Positions 38,993 to 48,057 of a stretch of 52,033 nt of DNA are shown here, piece after piece. Below the pieces are notes generated by a model that saw nothing but the letters and a program-made list of their open reading frames with translations, was not told the origin of the DNA and searched no databases. The stretch is from Desulfuromonadales bacterium (GTDB lineage: Bacteria > Desulfobacterota > Desulfuromonadia > Desulfuromonadales > Syntrophotaleaceae): the NCBI GenBank assembly GCA_030613545.1, contig JAUWLU010000001.1, positions 1 to 52,033 on the forward strand. Reading direction: 5' to 3'. A program made the position numbers and the translations under genes. Position 1 is the first letter of the stretch; each line of letters opens with the position of its first letter.

Positions 38993-39233
38993 CGTTTTTC
39001 TCTTCTTCTCGCTGCTGACGTTTCAATTCCCGGTTGGTAAGGACAAAAAGATTGCGAAATCCGGCGGCAATCCCAAAACCGAGAAACAGCATGGTCAGCC
39101 AGGGGGACGTCTCCAGCCAGCGGTCCAGATAGTAGCCCATGGCCAGGCCGATGATGGTTGCGGCCACCATGGAGATGCCCAGGCTGGACAGAAACCCCAA
39201 CGATTTATATAGCTGTCGCCGATCTTCCGCCAT
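38979..39233 (-). CDS. AtpZ/AtpI family protein
   Basis: GYYLDRWL.TSPW..G..AGFRN motif; first gene of the F0 operon. Confidence 0.85.
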   Translation of the reverse strand: MAEDRRQLYKSLGFLSSLGISMVAATIIGLAMGYYLDRWLETSPWLTMLFLGFGIAAGFRNLFVLTNRELKRQQREEEKNDAGS

Positions 39234-39363
39234 CGAGTCTACCTCTGATCTACCCGCCAGCACCAAAAGTGTAAACAACGCACCCTAGGTATCATAGCGG
39301 TTGTTGGAAGTCAAACTGAAATTACCTGTCGACCCCCTTCGAACTCCATCAACAGGGCTGCTT

Positions 39364-40329
39364 TCAGGCCAAAAAGAGCTTGACGAAACCGGCGAAGAGT
39401 TGTTCGTCCGGACCGCTCACCACATGTTCTTTCATGAACTTGAGGGCCTCGAAGGACGAACGGCTGTTGTGATAGGGGCGATCGGAGGTCAGGGCCTCGT
39501 AGACATCGGCCAGCCGGCAGATCCGGGCATAGGGATGAATCTCCTCGGCCCCTTTGTTGTGCGGGTAGCCCATGCCGTCGTCCCGTTCGTGGTGCTGGAG
39601 GATGATGGTCCGCGCCTCATCGGTCATCAGGCCGCTGTTTTCGACCATCTGGTAGCCATCGAGGACATGGCGCCGGACGATATCCCGCTCCTCGTCGTTG
39701 AGCAGGCCGGGCTTGTTGAGAATTTCTATGGGAATCTTGCATTTGCCGAGATCGTGCAGGAAAAAGCCGGCTCCCAGGGCCTGCATATCGTGTTGATTGT
39801 CGCCACCAAACAGAATCCGCGCCAGGGCTATGCTGAAGATGCCGACATTGGTTGAATGGACATAGGTACTGTGATCGTAGGTAGTTAGATGGATCAGATG
39901 TTTGGTGGCCTGGTCGTCGGAGATGATGAGATTGACGGTCGGCTCCAGAATTTCGCAGGCCTGTCCAAGAAAGACTGCGCGTGGCTCTTCGAAGGTCCGC
40001 TGCAGGGTCTGCAGACAGGCGGCATGCACCGCTTCGGCCTTTTTATTTGAGGACACCGCCGGATTGCTGACGATGGAGACCAGAGTCTCTTTGAGATAGG
40101 CATTGTAGAGGGCTCTCTCTTCTTCACGAATGTAGAGCAGATCGGCACCACTGGCAATGACCCGATCCCGCGCGGCGCTGTCGAACAGCACCCCCTTTTG
40201 GGCAAAAAAGACGTACTGCCCGTCGTGAATGCGGCGATAGAGATCGCAGGGCGCGGCCCGCTCGAACTGCAGGGTCGCCAGTGCTACTGGCAAAAACTGC
40301 TCATTCATGTGTTCGGTGTGTCCTTCCAC
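39364..40329 (-). CDS. HD-GYP domain c-di-GMP phosphodiesterase
   Basis: HDLGK, HHERDDGMGYP, ADVYEALTSDRPY; start GTG 40329 or ATG 40308. Confidence 0.9.
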   Translation of the reverse strand: MEGHTEHMNEQFLPVALATLQFERAAPCDLYRRIHDGQYVFFAQKGVLFDSAARDRVIASGADLLYIREEERALYNAYLKETLVSIVSNPAVSSNKKAEAVHAACLQTLQRTFEEPRAVFLGQACEILEPTVNLIISDDQATKHLIHLTTYDHSTYVHSTNVGIFSIALARILFGGDNQHDMQALGAGFFLHDLGKCKIPIEILNKPGLLNDEERDIVRRHVLDGYQMVENSGLMTDEARTIILQHHERDDGMGYPHNKGAEEIHPYARICRLADVYEALTSDRPYHNSRSSFEALKFMKEHVVSGPDEQLFAGFVKLFLA

Positions 40330-40480
40330 AAGCCCCTCGGTAAGCGGTTCAACTAGCCAGATCTTTCACAAAGAACAGCAAACCCGCCAAACCACCGTTT
40401 CGGCAATAAGCTCTATGCCGCCGGGCCGTGCCAGTCAATATAACCGAGTAACGCAGCCCCGTCCACCGCTACCGTCTCAA

Positions 40481-41785
40481 TCAGCTGTTCAGATAGGCCG
40501 TTATGCTGTCGCCAAGGGTCTGGAATATGCGCCTGAATTCCTGTTCATTCCTTTCCAGCAGGGTAATCCGAACACCCTGCTCCATGGTGCAGAAGGACGA
40601 TAGGGGCACCACGCAGATACCGGTCGACGCCAGCAGATAATAGACAAAACGTTTGTCGAGAGCGACCTTCGGCTCGGCCACCAGTTTTTCGACCAGGGTG
40701 CGTACCTCGGTAATCTCGATGGGCAGGCTCTGGCGATCGCTCAGGCGGTCTTTTTTGAACACCACGCTCATGTAGAAAGCGCCGTTGGTGCGATTGACCT
40801 TGATGCCGGGAACCCCCTGCAGCATTTCGACGGCAATATTGGAAAACTTTTCGTAGCGATCCTTGCGTTCTTTCAGATAGACCGGATACTGGGGATGACT
40901 TAGCAGTCGCGGAATGGCCTTTTGCGGCAGAGTGGTGGAACAGACCTCGACCATCTTGGCATCGAGGATGCTCTTCACATACTGCTTGAACACCGGGTCC
41001 GTGTCGGCATTGTAAACCTCCATCCAACCGCAGCGGGCGCCGGGCCAAGGCACTTCCTTGCTGATGCCTTTGAGTGCCAGAGCCGGTACCTCGCCTATGA
41101 TGTCGGAGATCGGTTTGGTCGATGCGCCGTTATAGACAATATTGTGATAGACCTCATCGCAGATAATGAACAGGTCGTATTCGCGGGCAATGGCGATCAT
41201 CTCCTGCAGAATGCGCTCCGGATAGACCGCACCGGTGGGATTGTCCGGGTTGATGATGAGAATGCCGGAGATGCTCGGGTTGTATTTGACCGACAGGCGC
41301 AGATCATCCAGGTCGGGATACCAGTTGTTGTCCGGATCGAGACGGTAAGAGATCGGCTTGGTCCCGGCATGAGCGGCTTCAGCGGAGGAGTGGGTCGAGT
41401 AGGTGGGGGTGGGACCGATGATTCGCGCTTCGCGACGAAGAAAACCGTAGACCTTCTGAATCGCGTCGCCGAGACCGTTGAAAAACATGATGTCGTCGGC
41501 CGTAATCTGGGTCTTGCCCCGCCGGTTGGTCTGTTCGGCCAGAAACTGGCGGGTTTCCAGCACGCCGCGGGTCGGGCAATAACCGTAGGAACAATCCTGC
41601 ATGACCAGGTCGGCAACGATCTCCTTCATCCATTGAGGAATTTTTTCTCCCTTGGCAATGGGATCGCCGATATTCTCCATGTTGGTCTTGATGCCCATCT
41701 GCTGCAGCTTGTCGGCAATCTCGACGATGGCGCGAATTTCATAGACCAGTTCTCCGGCCCCGATATGAACGATATTGTTGCGCAT
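40481..41785 (-). CDS. PLP-dependent class I aminotransferase, alanine aminotransferase (AlaA/AlaAT)-like
   Basis: N-terminal YEIR..NIGDP as in AlaA/AlaAT, INPDNPTG, DEVY, SK...PGARCGW (PLP lysine). Confidence 0.8.
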   Translation of the reverse strand: MRNNIVHIGAGELVYEIRAIVEIADKLQQMGIKTNMENIGDPIAKGEKIPQWMKEIVADLVMQDCSYGYCPTRGVLETRQFLAEQTNRRGKTQITADDIMFFNGLGDAIQKVYGFLRREARIIGPTPTYSTHSSAEAAHAGTKPISYRLDPDNNWYPDLDDLRLSVKYNPSISGILIINPDNPTGAVYPERILQEMIAIAREYDLFIICDEVYHNIVYNGASTKPISDIIGEVPALALKGISKEVPWPGARCGWMEVYNADTDPVFKQYVKSILDAKMVEVCSTTLPQKAIPRLLSHPQYPVYLKERKDRYEKFSNIAVEMLQGVPGIKVNRTNGAFYMSVVFKKDRLSDRQSLPIEITEVRTLVEKLVAEPKVALDKRFVYYLLASTGICVVPLSSFCTMEQGVRITLLERNEQEFRRIFQTLGDSITAYLNS

Positions 41786-41841
41786 CCTTCCCTATCTCCC
41801 CCTGGTAACGGACCTGCCCGCGACGGCGAGTCAGCGCTCCG

Positions 41842-41880
41842 AAACGAAAAAGACCACGAGCTCAACACGCCCATGGCCTT
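41842..41880 (-). terminator. attenuator terminator in the aminotransferase leader
   Basis: AAGGCCAUGGGC-gugUUga-GCUCGUGGUCUU-UUUCGUUU; 12 bp with 3 G-U pairs that work only on the minus strand. Confidence 0.85.
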
Positions 41881-41905
41881 ACTGACTGTTTATCGGTACC
41901 GGGTA

Positions 41906-42001
41906 TCAGGCAGCAAGACGATGGACAGCGCCGAACCTGGCTGCTGCTTTCATGCCGCGCGCTGCTGCCGAGCGACGATATCCCTGCCTGTTGATAACCA
42001 T
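41906..42001 (-). CDS. Ala-rich leader peptide, 31 aa: MVINRQGYRRSAAARGMKAAARFGAVHRLAA
   Basis: GAGGAGG SD 5 nt before ATG; 9/31 Ala codons including two runs of three; overlaps the antiterminator strand. Confidence 0.8.
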   Translation of the reverse strand: MVINRQGYRRSAAARGMKAAARFGAVHRLAA

Positions 42002-42147
42002 TCGGTCCTCCTCGGTATCTGCTCGTGTCTGGGTAGCATAGCCCCCGAACAAAGTCAATCCTCTTGTCGTGGCAAAAGGATTTATTCCACTGGCTCAATC
42101 ATGCTATAAAACAACTACTTTCACTTTTAAGGAGTACGCATATTTCC

Positions 42148-44550
42148 ATGTCCCTTACCAAGTTTTTGCGCATACTGCTGCTGACTGCGGGCGGGCTGCT
42201 GGTTACCATGGCTCTCTGCCTGCTCGGCGCCTACCTGTACGTATCGGCCCGGCTGCCCAAGGTCGACACCCTGGCCGATTACCGGCCGCCGGTCATCACC
42301 CGTATTCTCGGCGACGACGGCTCGCTGATCGCTGAGCTGTACCGCGAGCGACGGATCCTGGTCCCGGTCTCGGCCATGCCCCGTCAGCTGATCGAAGCCT
42401 TTGTCGCTGCCGAAGACTCCAAATTTTTTCACCATCAGGGCCTGGATCTGGGCTCCATAGCTCGGGCGGCGCTGAAAAATCTTCGCGCCGGCGGTATCGT
42501 TCAGGGCGGATCGACCATCACTCAACAGGTCGCCAAGAGCCTGCTGCTGACGCCGGAGCGCAAGTTTTCCCGCAAATTCAAAGAAGCGATCCTGGCCTGG
42601 CGCATGGAACAGCACCTGACCAAGGAAGAGATTCTCTACCTCTATCTCAACCAGATATATCTCGGTCACGGCGCCTACGGGGTTCAGGCGGCGGCGGAGA
42701 ACTATTTTGCCAAAAATGTCGAGGACCTGACCTTGGCGGAATGCGCCATACTGGCCGGCCTGCCCCAGGCCCCGAGCCGCTATTCGCCCTATCGCCACCT
42801 AAAACGGGCCAAGGACCGCCAGCGTTATGTGCTGGAGAGAATGGCGCATGAGGGCTACATTCCCGCCGAAGCCGCCGCCCAGGCCCTGACCGAAGAACTG
42901 GTCATCCACCCGCGGAGCAAACCGCAGGTGCCCGGCGCCGCGTATTTCACCGAGCAGGTCCGCCGTTACCTGGAACAGACATTCGGCAGCGAACAGACCC
43001 TGACCGGCGGCCTGGAGGTTCACACCACCATGAACCTCGCCATGCAGCAGGCCGCTCAACAGGCGGTGCGGCATAATCTGCGTAACCACGATCGACGCCA
43101 GGGCTATCGCGGTCCGTTGCGGACCCTGAGTAAGGATCAACAGGAACTCTTTCTCACCGAGCAGGCTGTCGCCTGGCCCGAGGCGCCACCCGTCGGCGAA
43201 CGTCTTGAAGGGCTTCTGATCAAAGGAGGCAAGCAGGATCTGGTGGTGCGAATCGGTTCTTTCACCGGCCTCATCCCCCGCAAGGACATCGCCTGGGCCG
43301 GCAATCTTCAGGTGCTGGCCCAGGGCCAACCGGTCAAGGTCGATAGCGATAAGAAGCTGGTTAAGCTACCCGTTGGATCGGTATTGCTGGTCGAGGTCGT
43401 GCAGCCCTTGACCAACGGCAAGCTCGGCCTGGCTCTCGCCCAGGAACCCGAAGCGCAGGCTGCCCTGGTCGCCCTCGACCCCCGCTCCGGCGAGGTCAAA
43501 GCCATGGTCGGTGGCTACGACTTCAGTCAGAGCCAGTTCAATCGGGCCATTCAGGCCAAACGCCTGCCCGGCTCGGCCTTTAAGCCGCTGATCTATGCTG
43601 CAGCCCTCGACAAGGGCTACACCCCGGCAACGATTGTTCTCGATACCCCCCTCATCTATCGGGAAAAGGGTGAGCAGGGACAAGTGAAGGAATGGAAACC
43701 GAAAAATTACCGGGGATCCTTTTCCGGACCGACCTCTCTGCGCCGAGCCCTGGCCCGCTCCTACAATGTGGTCACCATCAAGATTCTGCAGGATATCGGG
43801 GTCCGTTACGCCATCGGCTATGCCAGCAAACTGGGCATCGAATCGCCGCTCACCGCCGATTTGACCCTGGCCCTCGGTTCTTCTGCCATCTCGCCCCTGG
43901 AGCTGGCGACGGCCTACAGCGTCTTCGCCAATGGCGGGGTTCGTTTCACCCCCAACTACATCTCTCGCGTGGTCGATCGCCACGGGCGGGTACTGGAATC
44001 GGTCGATCCGGCCGACTTTCCCGAGGGGCCGGCCGACCAACAGCAGTTGATTCGCAATCCCACCGAACGGGTGATTTCACCGGAGACCGCCTATCTGATC
44101 ACCAACCTGATGGAGAGCGTGGTGCAAAACGGCACCGGTTTTCGAGCCAAGGCCCTGGGCCGGCCGGCGGCCGGCAAGACCGGCACTACCAACGATCAGA
44201 AGGATGCCTGGTTCGCCGGTTACGTGCCTCAACTAATCGCCGTCTCCTGGACCGGCTATGACCAGGAGCGCTCCCTGGGCAAAAATGAGACTGGCTCGCG
44301 AGCGGCGGCGCCGGCCTGGGTAGAGTTCATGAAACAATCGCTCAAAGGTGTACCCCGCCAACATTTTCCCGTTCCGGACGCTATCGAGTTTCGTCCCATC
44401 GATCCGGAAACCGGGCTGCTGGCCCCCGAGGACGGTTCGGAAGTGATTTTCGAAGCCTTCGCCTCCGGCACTGCACCGACCCGCTATGCCCTGGAACGCA
44501 AACAGCCGAAGGCTCAAGATTTCTTCAAGCTTGATCTGGAAGATATCTGA
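42148..44550 (+). CDS. mrcA: penicillin-binding protein 1A
   Basis: AEDSKF, QGGSTITQQVAK, RKFKE (transglycosylase); SAFK, SYN, KTGTT (transpeptidase). Confidence 0.93.
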   Translation: MSLTKFLRILLLTAGGLLVTMALCLLGAYLYVSARLPKVDTLADYRPPVITRILGDDGSLIAELYRERRILVPVSAMPRQLIEAFVAAEDSKFFHHQGLDLGSIARAALKNLRAGGIVQGGSTITQQVAKSLLLTPERKFSRKFKEAILAWRMEQHLTKEEILYLYLNQIYLGHGAYGVQAAAENYFAKNVEDLTLAECAILAGLPQAPSRYSPYRHLKRAKDRQRYVLERMAHEGYIPAEAAAQALTEELVIHPRSKPQVPGAAYFTEQVRRYLEQTFGSEQTLTGGLEVHTTMNLAMQQAAQQAVRHNLRNHDRRQGYRGPLRTLSKDQQELFLTEQAVAWPEAPPVGERLEGLLIKGGKQDLVVRIGSFTGLIPRKDIAWAGNLQVLAQGQPVKVDSDKKLVKLPVGSVLLVEVVQPLTNGKLGLALAQEPEAQAALVALDPRSGEVKAMVGGYDFSQSQFNRAIQAKRLPGSAFKPLIYAAALDKGYTPATIVLDTPLIYREKGEQGQVKEWKPKNYRGSFSGPTSLRRALARSYNVVTIKILQDIGVRYAIGYASKLGIESPLTADLTLALGSSAISPLELATAYSVFANGGVRFTPNYISRVVDRHGRVLESVDPADFPEGPADQQQLIRNPTERVISPETAYLITNLMESVVQNGTGFRAKALGRPAAGKTGTTNDQKDAWFAGYVPQLIAVSWTGYDQERSLGKNETGSRAAAPAWVEFMKQSLKGVPRQHFPVPDAIEFRPIDPETGLLAPEDGSEVIFEAFASGTAPTRYALERKQPKAQDFFKLDLEDI

Positions 44551-44587
44551 TCATCCTTCGGTAATCTCTGCGAACCACAAACGCCGG

Positions 44588-44613
44588 CCCATTGCGCAGG
44601 ACAGCGCAATGGG
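44588..44613. terminator. hairpin between convergent PBP1A and nth
   Basis: CCCATTGCGC-aggaca-GCGCAATGGG. Confidence 0.6.
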
Positions 44614-44666
44614 GCAGCCAAGGCTGTCCGTAGAGTGAAGGCCATGAATGGCCTGAATCAAAAGAA

Positions 44667-44686
44667 CCGTTTCCGGACGGAAACTA
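44667..44686. repeat. solo REP-like terminus of the 1-145 element family
   Basis: CCGTTTCCGGACGGAAACTA vs CCGTTTCCGGATGGAAACTA at 126-145 (19/20). Confidence 0.75.
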
Positions 44687-45334
44687 ATTGGCTCGATCGA
44701 CGCCCCTTTGCGGACAATCCTTCAACAACGGGCATTGGGAACAAAGGGGAATCGGGGCCTTGCAGAGTTGGCGGCCATGGAGTATCAGCAGATGGGCAGC
44801 CTGCACCCAATGCTTGCGGGGCAACAGTTGACAGAGATCCCCTTCGATCTTTTCCGGATCCTGCTGATCGGTCCAGGCAAAGCGCCGGGACAGACGCTTG
44901 ACGTGGGTATCGACCACCATACCGGGGATACCGAAGGCATTGCCAAGCACCACATTGGCCGTTTTGCGCCCGACACCGGGCAGCCGGACCAATTCTGCGA
45001 GGGTTTGCGGTACCTGACCGTCGTGTTCGCGCAGCAGCATTTGGGCGCAGCCGAGCAGGCTCTTGGCCTTGTTGCGATAAAATCCCGTCGAGCGAATATC
45101 CTTTTCCAGAGTTTGCAGGTCCGCCTCGGCCAGGGCTTGCACACGGGGATATTTAACGAACAATTCTACGGTGACCTTATTAACCTGCACATCGGTACAC
45201 TGGGCGGAGAGAATGGTCGCAATCAACAGCTGAAAGGGATTATCGTAGCGTAGGGCGCAGTGGGCATCGGGGTAGAGTTGATACAGCTGGTCGAGAATCC
45301 TGGCGGCTTTTTTGCGCATTCGGTGGTCTGCCAT
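44684..45334 (-). CDS. nth: endonuclease III
   Basis: LSAQCTD, LPGVGRKTANVVL (HhH), VDTHV, C-x6-C-x2-C-x5-C. Confidence 0.96.
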   Translation of the reverse strand: MADHRMRKKAARILDQLYQLYPDAHCALRYDNPFQLLIATILSAQCTDVQVNKVTVELFVKYPRVQALAEADLQTLEKDIRSTGFYRNKAKSLLGCAQMLLREHDGQVPQTLAELVRLPGVGRKTANVVLGNAFGIPGMVVDTHVKRLSRRFAWTDQQDPEKIEGDLCQLLPRKHWVQAAHLLILHGRQLCKAPIPLCSQCPLLKDCPQRGVDRAN

Positions 45335-45374
45335 TGGGCCTGATTGGCTGAAGTAATTTTATAAAAAAGGCGAC

Positions 45375-45404
45375 TTATCAACTCTGTCCACAGGGTTTTC
45401 CACA
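45375..45404 (+). promoter_or_regulatory. second DnaA-box triplet, upstream of nth
   Basis: TTATCAACT CTGTCCACA GGG TTTTCCACA; same spacing as 31813-31842. Confidence 0.55.
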
Positions 45405-45431
45405 GCCCGATAAATGGCTCTGGCGTCTTAC

Positions 45432-46172
45432 CTATCCCGGGGCGATCTCCATGCGACGATTTTTTAATCCACCGAGGCGCAGATAGTGGCGGGGATCGGC
45501 TATCTGCACGGTGAAGCTAACGGGCAGATGGGTAGAAGCTTCTCGCGCCAGGGAGCTATGCAGCACGGAACAGTCGAGGATGCGCAGACCGCCCCGCATA
45601 TAGCCCCGATCCCGATCAAACAGCGGAAGGCGGGCCGGATAGGTGGCACTCCAAAAAGGTGTTGGCGTGCGCCGCATGGTCCCCGGCCAGTTAAAGAGCA
45701 GCGCGGCAGCCAGGGGCTCGGCAAAATCACCGATCACCAGTTGTGGACATTGAGAACTATGGCGCCCGAGCAGTTCAGGGCCGAACAGGGCGCGTACCTG
45801 CTGTCGGTAGCGATAAAATCCGGAATCGAGGCGCAGATTGTACAGGTAGAGGCGCTGGCCGGCAATATCGATATCGGCCCGCTGGCAGCAGCCCCCCCGG
45901 GCCAGACGATATTCTTGCACCCCCTTGAGGGGCACCAGGGACAGCAACGCGTTGTCGCCGACGCGATCCTGACCGAAGCTCTGCATGCCAAGCTGAGCCG
46001 CCAGATAGGCCAGCTGGCTGCGATCCTCGGCGCTGTTCACATCCTGCAGGGCAACGAGATCAGGCGCTACCTGCCGTATGACCTCGGCGATGCGCTCAGG
46101 ATCGCTTCGGCCGTCCCCTCCGCGGCAGCGGTGGACATGATATGTCATGACCCGAATCGCTTGCACCGCCAT
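45432..46172 (-). CDS. endonuclease/exonuclease/phosphatase (EEP) family protein, degenerate active site
   Basis: RVMTYHVH, PDLVALQD, IGDF, TYPA, ASTHLP pattern; start uncertain. Confidence 0.8.
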   Translation of the reverse strand: MAVQAIRVMTYHVHRCRGGDGRSDPERIAEVIRQVAPDLVALQDVNSAEDRSQLAYLAAQLGMQSFGQDRVGDNALLSLVPLKGVQEYRLARGGCCQRADIDIAGQRLYLYNLRLDSGFYRYRQQVRALFGPELLGRHSSQCPQLVIGDFAEPLAAALLFNWPGTMRRTPTPFWSATYPARLPLFDRDRGYMRGGLRILDCSVLHSSLAREASTHLPVSFTVQIADPRHYLRLGGLKNRRMEIAPG

Positions 46173-46196
46173 AACTCCGGTCTTAGCCGTCAATCC

Positions 46197-47198
46197 TCAG
46201 GAAAGCTCCGCTTTCAACTGGCGCTGCATCAGTTCCCGCACGGCCGTGCGCGGGTCCTTGTCCTGGTTGAGAATCAAGTACATCTGTTCGATGATGGGCA
46301 CCTCGACACCGAGCTTTTGCGCCAGCTGATAGGCCGAAATGGTGGTCTTGACCCCTTCCGCCACCATCTTCATGCCTTTAAGAATCTCGGCCAGTTTGCG
46401 GCCGCGACCGATCTCCAGACCGACGGTACGATTACGGGACAGATCGCCGGTGCAAGTCAGTACCAGATCGCCCATACCGGCCAGCCCGTAAAAGGTGGTG
46501 CGCTTGGCGCCCTTGGCCAAGCCGATGCGGGTCATCTCTTCGAGACCGCGGGTAATCACCGCCGCCCGGGTATTGTAGCCATAACCGAGACCGTCGCAGA
46601 CCCCCGCCGCCAGAGCAATGATGTTCTTCAGAGCGCCGCCCAGTTCCACGCCGATCACGTCGTCCTGGCGATACAAGCGAAAATACTTGCAGCTGAACAG
46701 CTCCTGCACCAAAGCGGCGACCTCTTCAGAGGCGGCGGCCACGGTCAGAACCGTCGGTATCTCGGCGGCCACCTCCCGAGCAAAGGTCGGTCCCGACAGG
46801 TAGGCGACCCGCCGGCACTTCTCTGCCGGCAGCACTTCTTCGATAATCTCCGACATGATCATCAGGGTGCTGTTTTCGATGCCCTTGGCGGCGGAAACCA
46901 GCAGGGTATTCGCAGCGATATGCGGTTCAGCCGCCTGCAGCACGGAGCGCAATACCTGGGATGGCGAAACCAGCAGCAGCATCTCCCGGCCGGCAACCGC
47001 TTCGGCCAGATCGCTGGTAAAAGCAAGATTGGCATCGAGGGTGAAACTGGGCAGATAGAGGTCGTTCATGTGTGTCTGCCGCATCCGTTCGACCAGGTCC
47101 TGCTCATACGCCCACAGCGTCACCGAATGGCCCTGTTTAGCCAGCAGATCGGCCAGCGCCGTTCCCCAGCTGCCCGCGCCGATTACTCCGATATTCAT
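46197..47198 (-). CDS. gpsA: NAD(P)H-dependent glycerol-3-phosphate dehydrogenase
   Basis: GAGSWGTALA, LSGPTFA, GALKNIIA, GDLVLTC..SRN. Confidence 0.97.
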   Translation of the reverse strand: MNIGVIGAGSWGTALADLLAKQGHSVTLWAYEQDLVERMRQTHMNDLYLPSFTLDANLAFTSDLAEAVAGREMLLLVSPSQVLRSVLQAAEPHIAANTLLVSAAKGIENSTLMIMSEIIEEVLPAEKCRRVAYLSGPTFAREVAAEIPTVLTVAAASEEVAALVQELFSCKYFRLYRQDDVIGVELGGALKNIIALAAGVCDGLGYGYNTRAAVITRGLEEMTRIGLAKGAKRTTFYGLAGMGDLVLTCTGDLSRNRTVGLEIGRGRKLAEILKGMKMVAEGVKTTISAYQLAQKLGVEVPIIEQMYLILNQDKDPRTAVRELMQRQLKAELS

Positions 47199-47211
47199 AC
47201 CGTTTCTCCCC

Positions 47212-48057
47212 TCAAGTGGCCTTACGTTTCTTATTCATCCGCTGCCGCACCTGCTTCATCCTGTTCTGCAGTACTTCCGGTTCCCGGTAACGCCCCTGCA
47301 ACTCCTGCAGCAGAGTCAGGGCCGCCTGCAGTTCGCCCCGTTCCTCTTTTACCACCGCCAGCCCGTACAGTGCTTCCAGGTAGAAGGGGCTGTCCGGGTA
47401 TTCTTCCGCCACTCGGTGATAGACGAAGGCCGCCTCTTCCAGAGCCCCTTCAAGGGCGTAGGTTGAGGCGATGCGAAACAAGACCTCGGCGATACGTTCG
47501 CTGTGCGGATAATTTTTTAACAGATTTTCGAATTCGATGCGCGCCTGTTCAAAATTGTTTTGCCGAAAATAGGTATCGGCGATCTCATACTGAGGCCCTT
47601 CGCCGTCGGCACTGCTGCCGTCAAGCAACTTCTGATAGGAGGTCAGCGCCCGGTCGTATTCGCCCAGGCGGTATTTATATATGTCCGCTGCGCGGCGCCG
47701 GGCTTTGCGCTCTGCCTCATGGCCGGGATAATCCCGCTCCACCAGCAGATAGGCCAGCAGCGCTTCGCGATCCTGATTGAGGTTAAACTGCAGGATTTCA
47801 CCGGTCAGCAAAAGCGCCTGCGGCGCGAATTTGAATTGGGGATGATGCTCGTACAGATGACGGAACTTACTGTAAGCCCGACTGTACTCTCCGCGCAACA
47901 ACAACGCTTCGCCGCGATCAAACTGGCGCTGCGGAATACGGTTAAAATTCCAATGGTACAGGGCTGCTGCGGCCAGTATCAGCAACAACGCCGCACTCAG
48001 CGCCCGCAGCAGTTGAAAGCGGCCGCTATTCTTCTTCCGGCGCTGCTTCTCCTCCAT
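47212..48057 (-). CDS. membrane-anchored TPR protein (BamD/YbgF-like repeats)
   Basis: N-terminal TM helix, repeated TPR units ending in YP(D/H/G)S; overlaps the gyrA 3' end, start uncertain. Confidence 0.8.
   Translation of the reverse strand: MEEKQRRKKNSGRFQLLRALSAALLLILAAAALYHWNFNRIPQRQFDRGEALLLRGEYSRAYSKFRHLYEHHPQFKFAPQALLLTGEILQFNLNQDREALLAYLLVERDYPGHEAERKARRRAADIYKYRLGEYDRALTSYQKLLDGSSADGEGPQYEIADTYFRQNNFEQARIEFENLLKNYPHSERIAEVLFRIASTYALEGALEEAAFVYHRVAEEYPDSPFYLEALYGLAVVKEERGELQAALTLLQELQGRYREPEVLQNRMKQVRQRMNKKRKAT

Noticed and set aside
37560-39233. F0-only atp operon as an anomaly
   Set aside because: Separation of atpIBE from atpFHAGDC is normal in this lineage.
41989-41997. Single DnaA-box-like 9-mers (TTATCAACA here on the minus strand; TTATCCACG near 32375)
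   Set aside because: Isolated one-mismatch matches are expected by chance.
41862-42098. 78-aa minus-strand ORF in the aminotransferase/PBP1A intergenic region
   Set aside because: No RBS or recognisable features; the 31-aa ORF in another frame has the strong SD and fits the attenuator.
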